Assembly: GCA_965203465.1 (NCBI GenBank)
Contig: CBDBCR010000001.1
Coordinates: 928,001-992,000, forward strand
Source of the DNA: Nitrosopumilaceae archaeon
Lineage (GTDB): Archaea; Thermoproteota; Nitrososphaeria; Nitrososphaerales; Nitrosopumilaceae
DNA length: 64,000 nucleotides
Direction of reading: 5' to 3'
Shown: piece by piece, positions 1 to 9,972 of the stretch
How the letters are laid out: each line of letters starts with the position of its first letter
Numbering within the stretch: position 1 is the stretch's first letter
Notes under the pieces: model-generated
Told to the model about the DNA's origin: nothing
What the model saw: the letters and a program-made list of their open reading frames with translations, nothing else
Database searches by the model: none
Made by a program: the position numbers and the translations under genes

Positions 1-86
1 CGGTTCCGGACCGCCAGGTCGGGGGATCGAAGCCCTCCGGGCCCTCTTAAACACTTTTAAGGCCACCTCCGCGCACGAGGCGCACG

Positions 87-467
87 ATGGCCAAAGGCTA
101 CTATGTAAAATTCGAGATGCCCTCCGACTTGGTCAGCCCCGTATACGAGGCGCTGCGCGTGGCCACGCAGAGCGGCAAGGTAAAGCGCGGCACCAACGAG
201 GCCACAAAGGCCATAGAGCGCGGCACCTCCAAACTCGTAGTCATCGCCGAGGATGTCGATCCCCCCGAGGTCGTGGCGCACCTGCCCATACTGTGCGACG
301 AGCAAAAGTCCGACTACGTCTTTGTGCCCAGCAGGCAGGACTTGGGCAAGGCGCTGGGGATAGACACCACCTCGGCCGCCGCGGCCATACTCGATCCGGG
401 CGACGCGCAGCATATCATCGACCAGGTGATAATGTCGGTCAACAAGGCAAAGGGCGCCGGCCAATGA
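87..467 (+). CDS. rpl7ae: 50S ribosomal protein L7Ae
   Basis: [14 protein letters not shown]...[21 protein letters not shown]7Ae signature; first gene of the L7Ae-S28e-L24e-ndk-infB cluster. Confidence 0.97.
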   Translation: MAKGYYVKFEMPSDLVSPVYEALRVATQSGKVKRGTNEATKAIERGTSKLVVIAEDVDPPEVVAHLPILCDEQKSDYVFVPSRQDLGKALGIDTTSAAAAILDPGDAQHIIDQVIMSVNKAKGAGQ

Positions 468-676
468 GCACCGAGCAGGACGCGGTCACCCCCGCCGAGG
501 TCATACAGATAGTGGGCAGGACCGGCATCGCCGGCGAGGTGATACAGGTGCGCGTAAAGATAATGTCGGGCGACGACAAGGGCCGCATACTCACCCGCAA
601 CGTAAAGGGGTCTGTCCGCATGGGCGACACGCTCATGCTGCGCGAGACCGAGCGCGAGGCCAAAAAGATAAAGTGA
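464..676 (+). CDS. rps28e: 30S ribosomal protein S28e
   Basis: ATG at 464 overlaps rpl7ae stop (ATGA); [23 protein letters not shown]...[21 protein letters not shown]. Confidence 0.96.
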   Translation: MSTEQDAVTPAEVIQIVGRTGIAGEVIQVRVKIMSGDDKGRILTRNVKGSVRMGDTLMLRETEREAKKIK

Positions 677-680
677 TACC

Positions 681-887
681 ATGAGCCTCCTAGTCAAGCC
701 GTGCAGTTTCTGCGACAGGCCGGTACCGAAGGGCTCGGGAACCATGCTTGTGCGCAACGACGGCACCATCCTGTGGTTCTGCTCCGCAAAGTGCAAAAAG
801 AACATGCTGGAACTGCGCCGCGACCCGCGCAAGCTGAAATGGACCAAAAAGTACGTAAAGGGCGGCATCAGGAGGGGCGGCCGGTAG
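681..887 (+). CDS. rpl24e: 50S ribosomal protein L24e
   Basis: CSFC...[20 protein letters not shown]...RDPRKLKWT. Confidence 0.96.
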   Translation: MSLLVKPCSFCDRPVPKGSGTMLVRNDGTILWFCSAKCKKNMLELRRDPRKLKWTKKYVKGGIRRGGR

Positions 888-1285
888 TGGAGCGCACGCT
901 CTTCGTGGTGAAGCCGGACGCGGTGCGCCGCGGCCTGGTCGGCGAGATAGTCTCGCGCTTTGAGAAAAAGGGCTTCGAGCTGGTCCGCCTCGAGCTGATC
1001 AGGATGGACAGGGAGCGCGCCGAAAAGTTCTACTCGGTCCACCGCGAAAAGCCGTTCTTCGCCGACCTCGTATCGTTCATCACGTCGGGCCCCGTGGTGG
1101 CCGGCGTACTGGAGGGCAACGAGGCCGTCTCGGCGGTGCGCGCCATGGTCGGGGCCACAAAGTCCTACGAGGCGGCCCCCGGCTCGGTGCGCGGCGACCT
1201 GGGCCTGGGCTTTACGGAGAACGTCGTGCACGCCTCGGACTCGCGGGCAAGCTTTGAGCACGAATCAGGGGTAGCGTTCGCGTGA
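887..1285 (+). CDS. ndk: Nucleoside diphosphate kinase
   Basis: GTG at 887; [20 protein letters not shown]...NVVHASDS catalytic His motif. Confidence 0.96.
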   Translation: MERTLFVVKPDAVRRGLVGEIVSRFEKKGFELVRLELIRMDRERAEKFYSVHREKPFFADLVSFITSGPVVAGVLEGNEAVSAVRAMVGATKSYEAAPGSVRGDLGLGFTENVVHASDSRASFEHESGVAFA

Positions 1286-1291
1286 TGCGCC

Positions 1292-3070
1292 TTGAAGGTA
1301 CGGCAGCCCATAGTGACGGTGCTCGGGCACGTGGATTCGGGCAAGACCTCTCTGCTTGACCGCATACGCGGCACCGGCGTGCAGGGGCGCGAGGCCGGCG
1401 GCATAACGCAGCACATCGGGGCCAGCTTTCTGCCGCTCCAGACTATACGCGAGCAGTGCGGCAGGCTGTACTCGCGCTTGGAATCGTCCAGGGTGCGCGT
1501 GCCCGGCATCCTGGTCATAGACACGCCGGGCCACGAGGTCTTCAAGAATCTGCGCACGCGCGGCGGCTCGGCCGCCGACATCGCCATACTCGTGGTGGAC
1601 GCGGCCCGCGGCCTGCAGCCGCAGACCACCGAGAGCCTCAAGATACTGGCCTCGCGCAAGGTGCCCTTCGTCGTCGCCCTCAACAAGTGCGACCAGATAT
1701 CGGGGTGGCGCGCCTCGGAGGGCGGCGTAACCGAGGCCATAAAGGCGCAGGACGCCTCGGTGCAGGCGGACCTTGACCAAAAGATCTACGACGTGGTCGG
1801 CTCGCTCTCGGTGCTCGGGTACAGCTCGGACGCGTTCTACCGCGTGCGCGACTTTACAAAGGAGGTGTCGATAGTGCCCGTCTCGGCGCGCACCGGCTCG
1901 GGGATACCGGAGCTGCTCACCATCCTGGTGGGCCTCGCCCAGCAGTTCCTGGCCGCGCGCCTGGACCAAGAGTCCAAGGAGAGCCGCGGCATAGTGCTCG
2001 AGGTAAAGGAGGAGCCGGGCCTCGGCCAGACCGCCAACGTAATACTGATAGACGGCTCCCTCTCAAAGTCGGACACCATAGTCGCGGCCCGCCGCGACTC
2101 GGTGGTCTCGGCCCGGCCGCGCGCCATACTGCTGCCAAAGCCGCTCGACGAGATGCGCGATCCGCGCGACAGGTTCGCGCCCGTAGAATCGGTCGACGCT
2201 GCCGCCGGCGTCAAGATAGCCTCGCCGGACCTCGAGGGCGTGCTGCCGGGCAGCACGCTGTACGTCGCGCGCAGCCCGGAATCGGCCGACCGGTACTCTA
2301 GGATGCTGGCCGACGAGATGCGCTCGGTCTTCGTCGACACCGAATCGAGCGGGGTGGTGGTCCGGGCCGACACCATCGGCTCGCTCGAGGCGCTCGTCTC
2401 CATGCTCTCCGAGGCCGGCGTGCCGGTATCAAAGGCAGACGTGGGGCCGGTCACGCGCCGCGACGTAGTCGAGGCGCGCGCGATAAAGGAGGGGGCGCGC
2501 CGCCTCGGCGTGGTGATAGCGTTCAACGTCAGGGTGCTGCCCGACGCGCGAGAGGAATCCGAGACGGCGCACGCGCGCGTCTTCGAGGGGCGCGTCATAT
2601 ACAGCCTCGTAGAAGAGTACAGAAAGTGGGCGGCCGACGACGCCGCGCACGAAGAGGACGCGGTCTTTTCCGAGATCACGCCGGTGGCAAAGTTCGAGTT
2701 CCTCGAGGGGTACGTGTTCCGCAACAGCGACCCGGCCGTCTTCGGGATACGCGTGGAGGCAGGCTCGCTGGGCCAGAAGGCGCAGTTCATGAACTCGGAG
2801 GGGAGAAAGATAGGCTCGGTACACCAGCTGCAGAGCGACGGCAAGCCGGTCCGGGCGCTCGGCGCCGGCCAGGAGGCCGCCTGCTCGGTCCAAGGGATCG
2901 CGGTGGGCAGGCAGGTCTCGGAGGGCGACGTGTTCTATACCATGCCCAGCTCGCGCGAGGCGCGCATGCTCCTCTCGCGCTTCGCCCACCGACTCGACGC
3001 GGGGCAGTCGGTGGCGATGCAAAAGATAGTGGAGCTGCTGCGCGCGCGCGACCCGGCGTACGGCTACTAG
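1292..3070 (+). CDS. infB: Translation initiation factor aIF5B (IF-2)
   Basis: RQPIVTVLGHVDSGKT, GGITQHIGA, DTPGHE, NKCD GTPase motifs. Confidence 0.97.
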   Translation: MKVRQPIVTVLGHVDSGKTSLLDRIRGTGVQGREAGGITQHIGASFLPLQTIREQCGRLYSRLESSRVRVPGILVIDTPGHEVFKNLRTRGGSAADIAILVVDAARGLQPQTTESLKILASRKVPFVVALNKCDQISGWRASEGGVTEAIKAQDASVQADLDQKIYDVVGSLSVLGYSSDAFYRVRDFTKEVSIVPVSARTGSGIPELLTILVGLAQQFLAARLDQESKESRGIVLEVKEEPGLGQTANVILIDGSLSKSDTIVAARRDSVVSARPRAILLPKPLDEMRDPRDRFAPVESVDAAAGVKIASPDLEGVLPGSTLYVARSPESADRYSRMLADEMRSVFVDTESSGVVVRADTIGSLEALVSMLSEAGVPVSKADVGPVTRRDVVEARAIKEGARRLGVVIAFNVRVLPDAREESETAHARVFEGRVIYSLVEEYRKWAADDAAHEEDAVFSEITPVAKFEFLEGYVFRNSDPAVFGIRVEAGSLGQKAQFMNSEGRKIGSVHQLQSDGKPVRALGAGQEAACSVQGIAVGRQVSEGDVFYTMPSSREARMLLSRFAHRLDAGQSVAMQKIVELLRARDPAYGY

Positions 3071-3444
3071 GCGTGCTTTTGCAGCACCATCTTGAGGCCC
3101 GGCTCGCCGACCGCGCCCATGACCCTGTCCACCGGCCTGCCGTCCCTGAACATGATGAACGTGGGTATGGACTGCACGCCGAACCTGGCTGCCACGTCCT
3201 GAGACTCGTCCACGTTGAGGCGCGCGAACCGCACGCCGGGGTTGGCCCTGGCCAGGCGCTCGAAGACGGGGTGCATGGTCCTGCACGGCCCGCACCACTC
3301 GGCCCAAAAGTCGACCAGCACGAGCCCCTCCGAGACGGCCGAATCGAAGCCCGACGAGCCGAGCTCCTCGACGGGGGGCCTCTGCGAGGCGGCCACCATC
3401 TCTCTGAGTTTGCGCTCTTTTAGCCTCTCGAGCTCCTCGTCCAT
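3067..3444 (-). CDS. trxA: Thioredoxin
   Basis: VDFWAEWCGPC active site; VQSIPT cis-Pro loop. Confidence 0.95.
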   Translation of the reverse strand: MDEELERLKERKLREMVAASQRPPVEELGSSGFDSAVSEGLVLVDFWAEWCGPCRTMHPVFERLARANPGVRFARLNVDESQDVAARFGVQSIPTFIMFRDGRPVDRVMGAVGEPGLKMVLQKHA

Positions 3445-3470
3445 CCTGGCGGCCGCGCGCGGCGCCCCAT

Positions 3471-3887
3471 TTAAAGATCCAGCAGAAACCGCATGTACGC
3501 CGGCTCCCCCGCGCGCACCTCCATGTCGTGGAACGTGGGCGCCTTTATCTCCACGCGGAACCCGTGCCTGCCGAGGTCGAGCGGCTCGCCGGTGGCAGTC
3601 CCCGAGGCCTCGTAGGGGCCGTCCCCCGAGAGCCTCACGTCGAAGCGCCTGGGCGCAAAGCCGCCCGGAACCACGAGGTACGATATCTCCTCCAGCCAGT
3701 TGAACAGCAGATAGTCGGCGTCCTTGCCGCAGGCGCGCACCGGCCTCTGCTCTTTTTCGCGCACCGTCTTGGGATCCAGCGTGATGGCGGCCACCGCCTC
3801 GGCCGCGTCGCGCAGCGCGCCCTCCATGTCGGGCGCCTCCACCTCGACGAGCGCGTCGGTCGCGTGCTCCAGGAACCTGTACGCCAC
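3471..3887 (-). CDS. Archease (RtcB cofactor)
   Basis: YRFLEHATD N-terminus, LLFNWLEE, EIKAPTFHDM, C-terminal LDL. Confidence 0.92.
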   Translation of the reverse strand: MAYRFLEHATDALVEVEAPDMEGALRDAAEAVAAITLDPKTVREKEQRPVRACGKDADYLLFNWLEEISYLVVPGGFAPRRFDVRLSGDGPYEASGTATGEPLDLGRHGFRVEIKAPTFHDMEVRAGEPAYMRFLLDL

Positions 3888-3908
3888 GCGCCCGCCAGCC
3901 GGGCCGGC

Positions 3909-4724
3909 CTAATTAAACCCCGGCCACCCCTTGCCGGCCCCGTCGCGCGCGGCCTTGAAGAGGAACTGCTGCGCGAGGCCCGCGTACCTGCCGAAGCGCT
4001 CCAGCGCCTCGGACCTCAGCTCCATGTACCTTTTCTCGGTGTCCGGCTCGGGGCGAAAGCTGCCCGGATAGTGGAAGCGCAGCGCCCTGCGCACCCACGT
4101 GTCTATGGGGAACGCGTCGAGCTTTTCCAGCGAAAAGAGCATGATGCAGTCGGCGACCTTGGGGCCGACGCCGGGCAGCTCGATCAGCCGGGCTCTGGTC
4201 TCGGCGTAGCTCTTGGCGCGCAGCCCCTCTAGATCCGCGCCGGCGAGGGCGCGCGCGGCGCCCTTTACGTACGCGGCCCTGTACCCGAGGCCGCACGCGC
4301 GCAGCTGGGACAGGCTCGCGCGCGCGAGCGCGCGCGGCTCGGGGAAAAAGTGCGAGGCGCACCCGCGCCCGCCCGAGCGCGCGCCGAACCTCGAGCACAG
4401 CCGCGCCAGCCCGTCGCGTATGCGCGACATGCTCGAGTTGGAAGAGGCGATGAACGTCACGCAGCACTGGAACGGATCCTGCCGCAGCAGCCCCAGTCCG
4501 GGGCAGGCGCGCACCGCCGAGGCCACGGCCCGGTCGCGGGATATCTCGGCGAGCATGGCGGCGCGGTCGTCGCCGGCCCTGAAAAAGCGCGCGGCCGCGC
4601 GCGGCATTGCGCCGCCCTCGCGCACCCTCAGCAGCCTCTGCCCGTCTATGCCCTGCCAGCTCTTCCCGCGCCGCTCCCACAGAAAGACCTGCCCGCTGGA
4701 AAGGGAAGGGGCGACGCCCACCAT
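3909..4724 (-). CDS. HhH-GPD DNA glycosylase (8-oxoguanine glycosylase Ogg-like)
   Basis: SLSSGQVFLW, LLRQDPFQC..TFIASSN, GLGYRA, LPGVGPKVADC.MLFSL..DAFPIDTW; start ATG 4724 overlaps the upstream stop. Confidence 0.9.
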   Translation of the reverse strand: MVGVAPSLSSGQVFLWERRGKSWQGIDGQRLLRVREGGAMPRAAARFFRAGDDRAAMLAEISRDRAVASAVRACPGLGLLRQDPFQCCVTFIASSNSSMSRIRDGLARLCSRFGARSGGRGCASHFFPEPRALARASLSQLRACGLGYRAAYVKGAARALAGADLEGLRAKSYAETRARLIELPGVGPKVADCIMLFSLEKLDAFPIDTWVRRALRFHYPGSFRPEPDTEKRYMELRSEALERFGRYAGLAQQFLFKAARDGAGKGWPGFN

Positions 4725-5989
4725 CAGACCTCTACGGTCTCGCCGGCCTCGGGGGCGTGCGCGTCGAAGCCGAACTTTTCGCGTATCTGCTCGGCGAAAG
4801 ACGTGCACGAATCCGAATCGCCGTGCACGGTCAGGACCTTGGGGTTCCCCCTTACGGAGCCGACCATCTCGAAGAGCTCGTCGCGGTCCGAGTGGCCCGA
4901 AAACTGGAACTGCCTGACCTTGGCGGCCACCCTGAGCTCTTTTCCCCTCAGCTTCACCCTGCCCGTCTCGAGCAGCTCGCGGCCGTGCGTGCCCTCGCCC
5001 TGGTAGGACACCAAGGCTATCCCGTTGCGCTCGTCGAGCGCGAGCTCCTGCAGGAAGAAGACCGCGTTGCCGCCAACGAGCATGCCGGCCGGCGATATCA
5101 CCACGCAGGGCCCGCGCGCGGCGCGCTTCCTTTCCTGCTGGCTGCGTATCGATACCGCGCGGTCTATGGCCTCCTTGAAGACCGAGTGGTTCCTCAGGTA
5201 CGCGGGGTACTTTAGCAGTATGCTGTTGACCTTTAGCGCCATGCCGTCCATGTACACCGGGTACTCGAAGCCCGAATCGCGCAGTATCGACACCATCTCC
5301 TGCGACCTTTCGACCGAGAACGCCGGTATGAAGAGCACGCCCTTGGCGTCCATCACCTCCTTTGCGAACTCTAGCAGGCCCTGCTCGGATTCGGAGCGCG
5401 GCGTCTGGGCCGTCTGGGAGTACGTGCTCTCGGTTATGAGCATGTCTATCTCGCCCACGTCCAAGTCGGCCTCGTTGAGCATGCGCGAGCCGCGCACGTG
5501 TATGTCGCCGGTGTACAGCACCCTCTTGCCGCCGCCCTCGAGCAGCACCGTGCTGCCGCCGGCCACGTGGCCGGATTCGCGCAGCTCGAACGAGACGGGC
5601 CCGCGCCTGACCTTCTGGCCGTACCCGACCGTCTTTGCGCTGCGCATCATGTTGTTGACCTCGGGGAGCCCGAAGACGTGCGAGTGCCTCTGTATCTTTA
5701 GCATGTCCTCTATGAGCAGGCGGCTCAGGTCCATGGTCGGCGGGGTCGCGTACACGTCGGTCCTGCCGCTCATGAACAGGGCCGGCACGTTCCCGGAGTG
5801 GTCGAGGTGCGCGTGGGTCACGACCACCGAATCTATGTCCTTTGGGCGCACGTGTATCGGGTACTTTGGGGGATCGCCGCGCCTGCCGAACATGACCCCG
5901 TAGTCCATCAGTATCTTGGTGCCGCCCTCGCTGGCCAAAAAGGCCGACCTGCCGACCTCGCCGGCGGCCCCGAGCACGTCTATCTTCAA
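4724..5989 (-). CDS. Metallo-beta-lactamase/beta-CASP ribonuclease (aCPSF-like)
   Basis: LGAAGEVGRS, THAHLDHSG, SGHVAGG, YTGD, ESTY, FSGHSD, VHGD; start placed at TTG 5989. Confidence 0.92.
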   Translation of the reverse strand: MKIDVLGAAGEVGRSAFLASEGGTKILMDYGVMFGRRGDPPKYPIHVRPKDIDSVVVTHAHLDHSGNVPALFMSGRTDVYATPPTMDLSRLLIEDMLKIQRHSHVFGLPEVNNMMRSAKTVGYGQKVRRGPVSFELRESGHVAGGSTVLLEGGGKRVLYTGDIHVRGSRMLNEADLDVGEIDMLITESTYSQTAQTPRSESEQGLLEFAKEVMDAKGVLFIPAFSVERSQEMVSILRDSGFEYPVYMDGMALKVNSILLKYPAYLRNHSVFKEAIDRAVSIRSQQERKRAARGPCVVISPAGMLVGGNAVFFLQELALDERNGIALVSYQGEGTHGRELLETGRVKLRGKELRVAAKVRQFQFSGHSDRDELFEMVGSVRGNPKVLTVHGDSDSCTSFAEQIREKFGFDAHAPEAGETVEV

Positions 5990-6100
5990 GCACCGCGGGC
6001 CTTTGGGGTCTCCCTTAATACCTTGCCGCCGCGCGCGGCACGTTCCGCGACCCGCGGAATCTGACAAAGCTTTAATTAGTCTGGCCTATGGCCCGCGTCC

Positions 6101-6313
6101 ATGGGTAGAACCTTTGAACAGTGGCTCTCTGAGCAGGACAAGGGCCTGGTAGCCAAGGTCCGCTCCGGCGACGAGGACAACAAGCCCCTGCTCAACCAAA
6201 TCAACTGGATCTGGGTACAAAACCTCATGGAAAAGAAACCGGAACTAAACCCCTCGTCTGCGGAACTGCTAGACTGGGTGACCAGCGGCCAGATCGACGC
6301 CATGCGCAAGTAA
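6101..6313 (+). CDS. Small hypothetical protein
   Basis: Compact 70-aa ORF, TATA-like TTTAATTA upstream, T-rich tract downstream. Confidence 0.7.
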   Translation: MGRTFEQWLSEQDKGLVAKVRSGDEDNKPLLNQINWIWVQNLMEKKPELNPSSAELLDWVTSGQIDAMRK

Positions 6314-6395
6314 TCGGCGGACGCTCTTTTTTATCTCCCACGGCGGGCGCGCCTGCGGGCGCGTTCTATAACCCTGTTATGGATTCCGATCATGG

Positions 6396-6403
6396 TTTAA
6401 ATA
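6396..6403 (+). promoter_or_regulatory. TATA box of the ferredoxin gene
   Basis: TTTAAATA about 25 nt upstream of ATG 6429 (spacing of a leaderless transcript). Confidence 0.6.
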
Positions 6404-6428
6404 CAAATGCCCGCAATCCAAGGCAACA

Positions 6429-6731
6429 ATGCCAATAGCAATACTGCCGGACATCGACGAGCAGCGCTGCATCGGCTGCGCCCTGTGCGTGGAGATCTGC
6501 ACCAGTCTCGGACCCGATGTCCTAAGAGTAAAGCCCGTGGAGGGCTGGAAGAGGGGCAAGGCGTTCGTCTTTTACCCGGAAAGATGCATCTCTGACGGCG
6601 CGTGCATAGGCGTGTGCCCGACAAAGTCCATCTTTTGGATGAGGCCGATGAACTACACCGCCGGCCAGCCAGTCCCGCTCCACAAGAACGGCGTCTTCGT
6701 CAAGGGCTGGGCAGAGGACGCAGCCCTCTAG
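6429..6731 (+). CDS. 4Fe-4S dicluster ferredoxin
   Basis: CIGCALCVEIC and CISDGACIGVCP motifs. Confidence 0.93.
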   Translation: MPIAILPDIDEQRCIGCALCVEICTSLGPDVLRVKPVEGWKRGKAFVFYPERCISDGACIGVCPTKSIFWMRPMNYTAGQPVPLHKNGVFVKGWAEDAAL

Positions 6732-8194
6732 CCCCACCCCCCTTTTCTTTCCACGAAATGCTCCAAAAACCCGTCTTTCTGGTAGTCTATCCTCTCGAAC
6801 CCGTTGTTGGAGACGAACGCGTCCCACGCCGGCCCGAAGGTCTCAAAGTCGGCGGGCCTGTACCGGGCCGACGCCGAGACGTGGTGGGCCGCCGGGTACA
6901 GGTCGGACAGCTCCAGCGGCACCGGCCCCAGGAACGGGCTGTACTGGCAGACCTGCGCGTCCCCGCCGGCGCTGAGCGACCTGTACTCGGCCGACAGGTA
7001 TGCCGGCTTTTGGCGCGCCCAGGGCACCACGCGAAGGATCTTCTTGGGGGTGCGGAAGCCCGAGACGGCCTTCCTGAACGCGGCGGCCTCGGGCCTGTAC
7101 TGGTCGAGCGGGGCCGAAAAGAACGCGGCGCGCTTTTTGAACGCCGGCGTCGTCTCGGCCAGGTACTCGGATTCGCGCGCCACGACGCGGCCCGCCTCGG
7201 AGAGGCGCGGGTGCGCGGCGCCCTTTTTCATCACGTGCTCCCACAGCCGGCCCTCGCGTAGCGCCTCCCTGGTGCGCGCGACCTCGGAGCGCATGGCGTG
7301 CAGGTTGTGCAGCGCAAGCAGGGTCTCCGAGCTTGCGTCCTGCGCGAGCTCGGCCGGCGTGCGCGAGGAGCAGACCTCGCACGGGCAGGAAAACTCGCCG
7401 ATGCCGGCCAGGGCCCGCGTGGCGTCCTCGGTCATGTACATGCCGCGCTTCGCGTACAGCATGTACGAGGCCGAATCGAACGTGTCGCAGCCGAGCGCGA
7501 CGGCCAGCGGCACGGTCATCGGGTGGCCGGCGCCGAACAGGTGCAGCGGCACGTGGCGCGGCGCCGCCTTTCTTGCGGCTATTATCATGGACGCAAGCTG
7601 CCCGTACCTGTACGATTCCATGAATTCGACGGGGCTGCCGAGGGCCAGCATCTTAAAGCCCATGCCGACCAGGCTCCCGGCCGCGCGGGCCACGATGTCG
7701 TGGTGCTCGCTGCCCTGCACGGGCCCCGCCCACAGGCGGCCCGGATGGGACTCGATGGCGCTTTTCGCCGCGGCCAGCGTCTCGTCGACGCTTCTGCTCG
7801 CCTCCTCTTTCTTCATGCCCACGCCGGTGGGCCTGTCGAGGGGGACGGGCACGTCCGATCCTATCCGGTATTCGAACTCGGCCATCTCGTCCGGCTTTAC
7901 GTCGAGCTTGCCGTACTCTAGCACCTGGTAGCCGCCCGAGTCGGTCATTACGGGGCCGTCGTGGCCTATCACCGAGTGTATGCCGTCTTTGACGGCGCGC
8001 TCGCGCAGGCGCCGCATGGCGATGTACGCGTTGGTTATGACCATCTCGAATCCGAGCTTGCGCATCTTCGAGGGCGGTATGGACTGCACGGCCGGATGCA
8101 CCACTGGCACGAACGCCGGCGTCGAGACCGTTCCGTGGTCGGTCTGGAGCCTGCCGATGGCGCCTGCAAGATCCGTCTCGAGGACTTCGAACAA
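6728..8194 (-). CDS. tgtA: Archaeosine tRNA-guanine(15) transglycosylase
   Basis: TPAFVPV, MTDSGGYQ, GPVQG, HLFGAGHP, GCDTFDSASY, CPCEVC Zn site, HNL. Confidence 0.95.
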   Translation of the reverse strand: MFEVLETDLAGAIGRLQTDHGTVSTPAFVPVVHPAVQSIPPSKMRKLGFEMVITNAYIAMRRLRERAVKDGIHSVIGHDGPVMTDSGGYQVLEYGKLDVKPDEMAEFEYRIGSDVPVPLDRPTGVGMKKEEASRSVDETLAAAKSAIESHPGRLWAGPVQGSEHHDIVARAAGSLVGMGFKMLALGSPVEFMESYRYGQLASMIIAARKAAPRHVPLHLFGAGHPMTVPLAVALGCDTFDSASYMLYAKRGMYMTEDATRALAGIGEFSCPCEVCSSRTPAELAQDASSETLLALHNLHAMRSEVARTREALREGRLWEHVMKKGAAHPRLSEAGRVVARESEYLAETTPAFKKRAAFFSAPLDQYRPEAAAFRKAVSGFRTPKKILRVVPWARQKPAYLSAEYRSLSAGGDAQVCQYSPFLGPVPLELSDLYPAAHHVSASARYRPADFETFGPAWDAFVSNNGFERIDYQKDGFLEHFVERKGGWG

Positions 8195-8218
8195 CGCGGG
8201 GCCGGCCCGCCCGTCTAT

Positions 8219-8731
8219 TTAAAAGAAAGAGGAGAGCTCGCCCCCGCCGGCGAGCTCGCCGAGCCAGTCCACCTCGTCGCCTGGCGGCTCGGCCTCGGAC
8301 GCCATGCGGGCCGCCTCGGCGGGGGATCTGCGGGTGGCGTCTATCTGGACGGTCTTGGCGGGGCCGAACCAGCGCAGCGCGTCGTGGGCGGTGACGCCGA
8401 GTATCTCGGCGGCGCAGTTTTCCGCAGACTTTGCCGCGCCGTAGCCCCTCTTGCGGTACACCTCGAGCAGCTGGCGTGGGTCGCGCCGGAGCACCGCGGC
8501 CCTGCACCCGGGCCTGACGGCGTACGGGGCAAGGTGCCCCACCACAACGGCGTCCGGCGGGATGCTGCCCGACGCTTCGAGCAGGACGGACGCGTCCACC
8601 GAGCCGCCGTCGAGCGCGCCGCACTCTGCCGCGGCCGAGTTGAGATCGACCAGCGGGGCCCCCGTGGCGCGGGCAAGCTCGCGCGCGGCCGTGTGCTTGC
8701 CCACGCCGGGCCCGCCGGTTATCACCTGCAC
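8219..8731 (-). CDS. Adenylate kinase AK6/Fap7-type NMP kinase
   Basis: VITGGPGVGKHT P-loop, VVVGHL, RGY...K..EN..AEILG. Confidence 0.85.
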   Translation of the reverse strand: MQVITGGPGVGKHTAARELARATGAPLVDLNSAAAECGALDGGSVDASVLLEASGSIPPDAVVVGHLAPYAVRPGCRAAVLRRDPRQLLEVYRKRGYGAAKSAENCAAEILGVTAHDALRWFGPAKTVQIDATRRSPAEAARMASEAEPPGDEVDWLGELAGGGELSSFF

Positions 8732-8750
8732 GGCGCGCCCCGCGCCGGTC

Positions 8751-9224
8751 TCAATTTATCTTGTCCGGGCGCGGTTTTTCCGGATCGTGGATCTCGGGGC
8801 GAAGAACCGGCCTGCGGCCGGAGCGCCGCCGCCGCGTTTTTTTTGGCGCTGTTCGTGCCCGCACGGCGGGACTTTCATTGCGGGCCGGCATCGGAGCGGC
8901 GGCCTTGCCTGATCGCCGCCAAGATCTGATCGTAACGTTTGAGGGCGCTCTGTTTTTAGTCGGCACAGTCGCGGCCCCGTACCATGCGCGCCGGCCGATC
9001 GCCAACGACTTCTCGTAGGGCTCGTGCATGCTCTCGAACGGGCCTGCCGAAAGATCGACGGCCTGTCTGACCGTTCGGAATCTCGGCTCCCTTGTGCGAT
9101 AATATTCGCGCACCGCCCGGAGACCTTCATAAAAGACGGCCGTAATTTCACAGTCAACGTACCGCGGAGACTCCGATTCCAGAAAACCGCAAACATACAT
9201 GTCGGGCAGGCGCCGATCTGTCAA
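8751..9224 (-). pseudogene. Degenerate HEPN-like protein
   Basis: Pattern DCEITAVFYEGLRAV...YEKSLAIGRRAWYG resembles HEPN-like helical domains; tail looks frameshifted; ATGA overlap with the upstream ORF. Confidence 0.3.
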
Positions 9225-9686
9225 TTCCTGCGCCTCTCAAAAATCGTTCTGGTGCCGTCCGGCATGGCCTGAGACTCTCCGGACACGTGCAGTATCCACG
9301 GCTCCAGGTAAAATCTGAACTGCCTCTCCACGCGCGAGATTTCGCCCACCAACTCGTCTATGACGTCTGCCGAGCTCCGGTGGTCGTGGCACACCTGAAG
9401 AATCCGCCCGTCCCCGTCAGGACCGCAACGCGCCGACCTCGCGTAGGGGAACGACGGAAATATCTTGATTGGTTCTTGCTCCACGCCGGCCGCATCTGCC
9501 GCGGATCTTTTGCCAAGGCGCGGGATTTCTTTTACGACGGCCCGTACCGCCTCGAGGGAAGGCGCCGCATGCGCGCCGGTTCAGAACCTCTTCCCTCACG
9601 ATCGCCTGCACCGCCCGCCGGAAATCCGGGCTGTCTGCCAACTGCTTTAGCATACGCCGGCTTCCGCGCGTGGCAGTTCCGCTCAT
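9221..9686 (-). pseudogene. Frameshifted small hypothetical gene (possible antitoxin-like partner)
   Basis: ORFs 9417-9686 and 9221-9484 overlap in different frames; TTTAATA about 22 nt upstream of ATG 9686. Confidence 0.3.
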
Positions 9687-9972
9687 CGACCGCTCCGGCG
9701 TGTGGCGGTATTAAACAGTGAACGCCGCGTAAATCCTGTAGCCTGCGCCTGACAGAACGCGCGGGCCGGGCTAGAGGCGGCCCGTCTAACGCGGCAAAAG
9801 CCCGGCGCAAGGCCCGGCAGACGCCGCACAAAAAGGGGGCAGTTTCTGACGCCCGAAGAGCGCTCGATCCGGCGCCCCTCAGCGGGCGAATCCCGGTGAA
9901 CCGCGAGCCCTCTGGCCAGCGCCGCCCCGTTTTCAGCTTGACTAATATTGCAAAACCGGCAAACGCGCGCCC

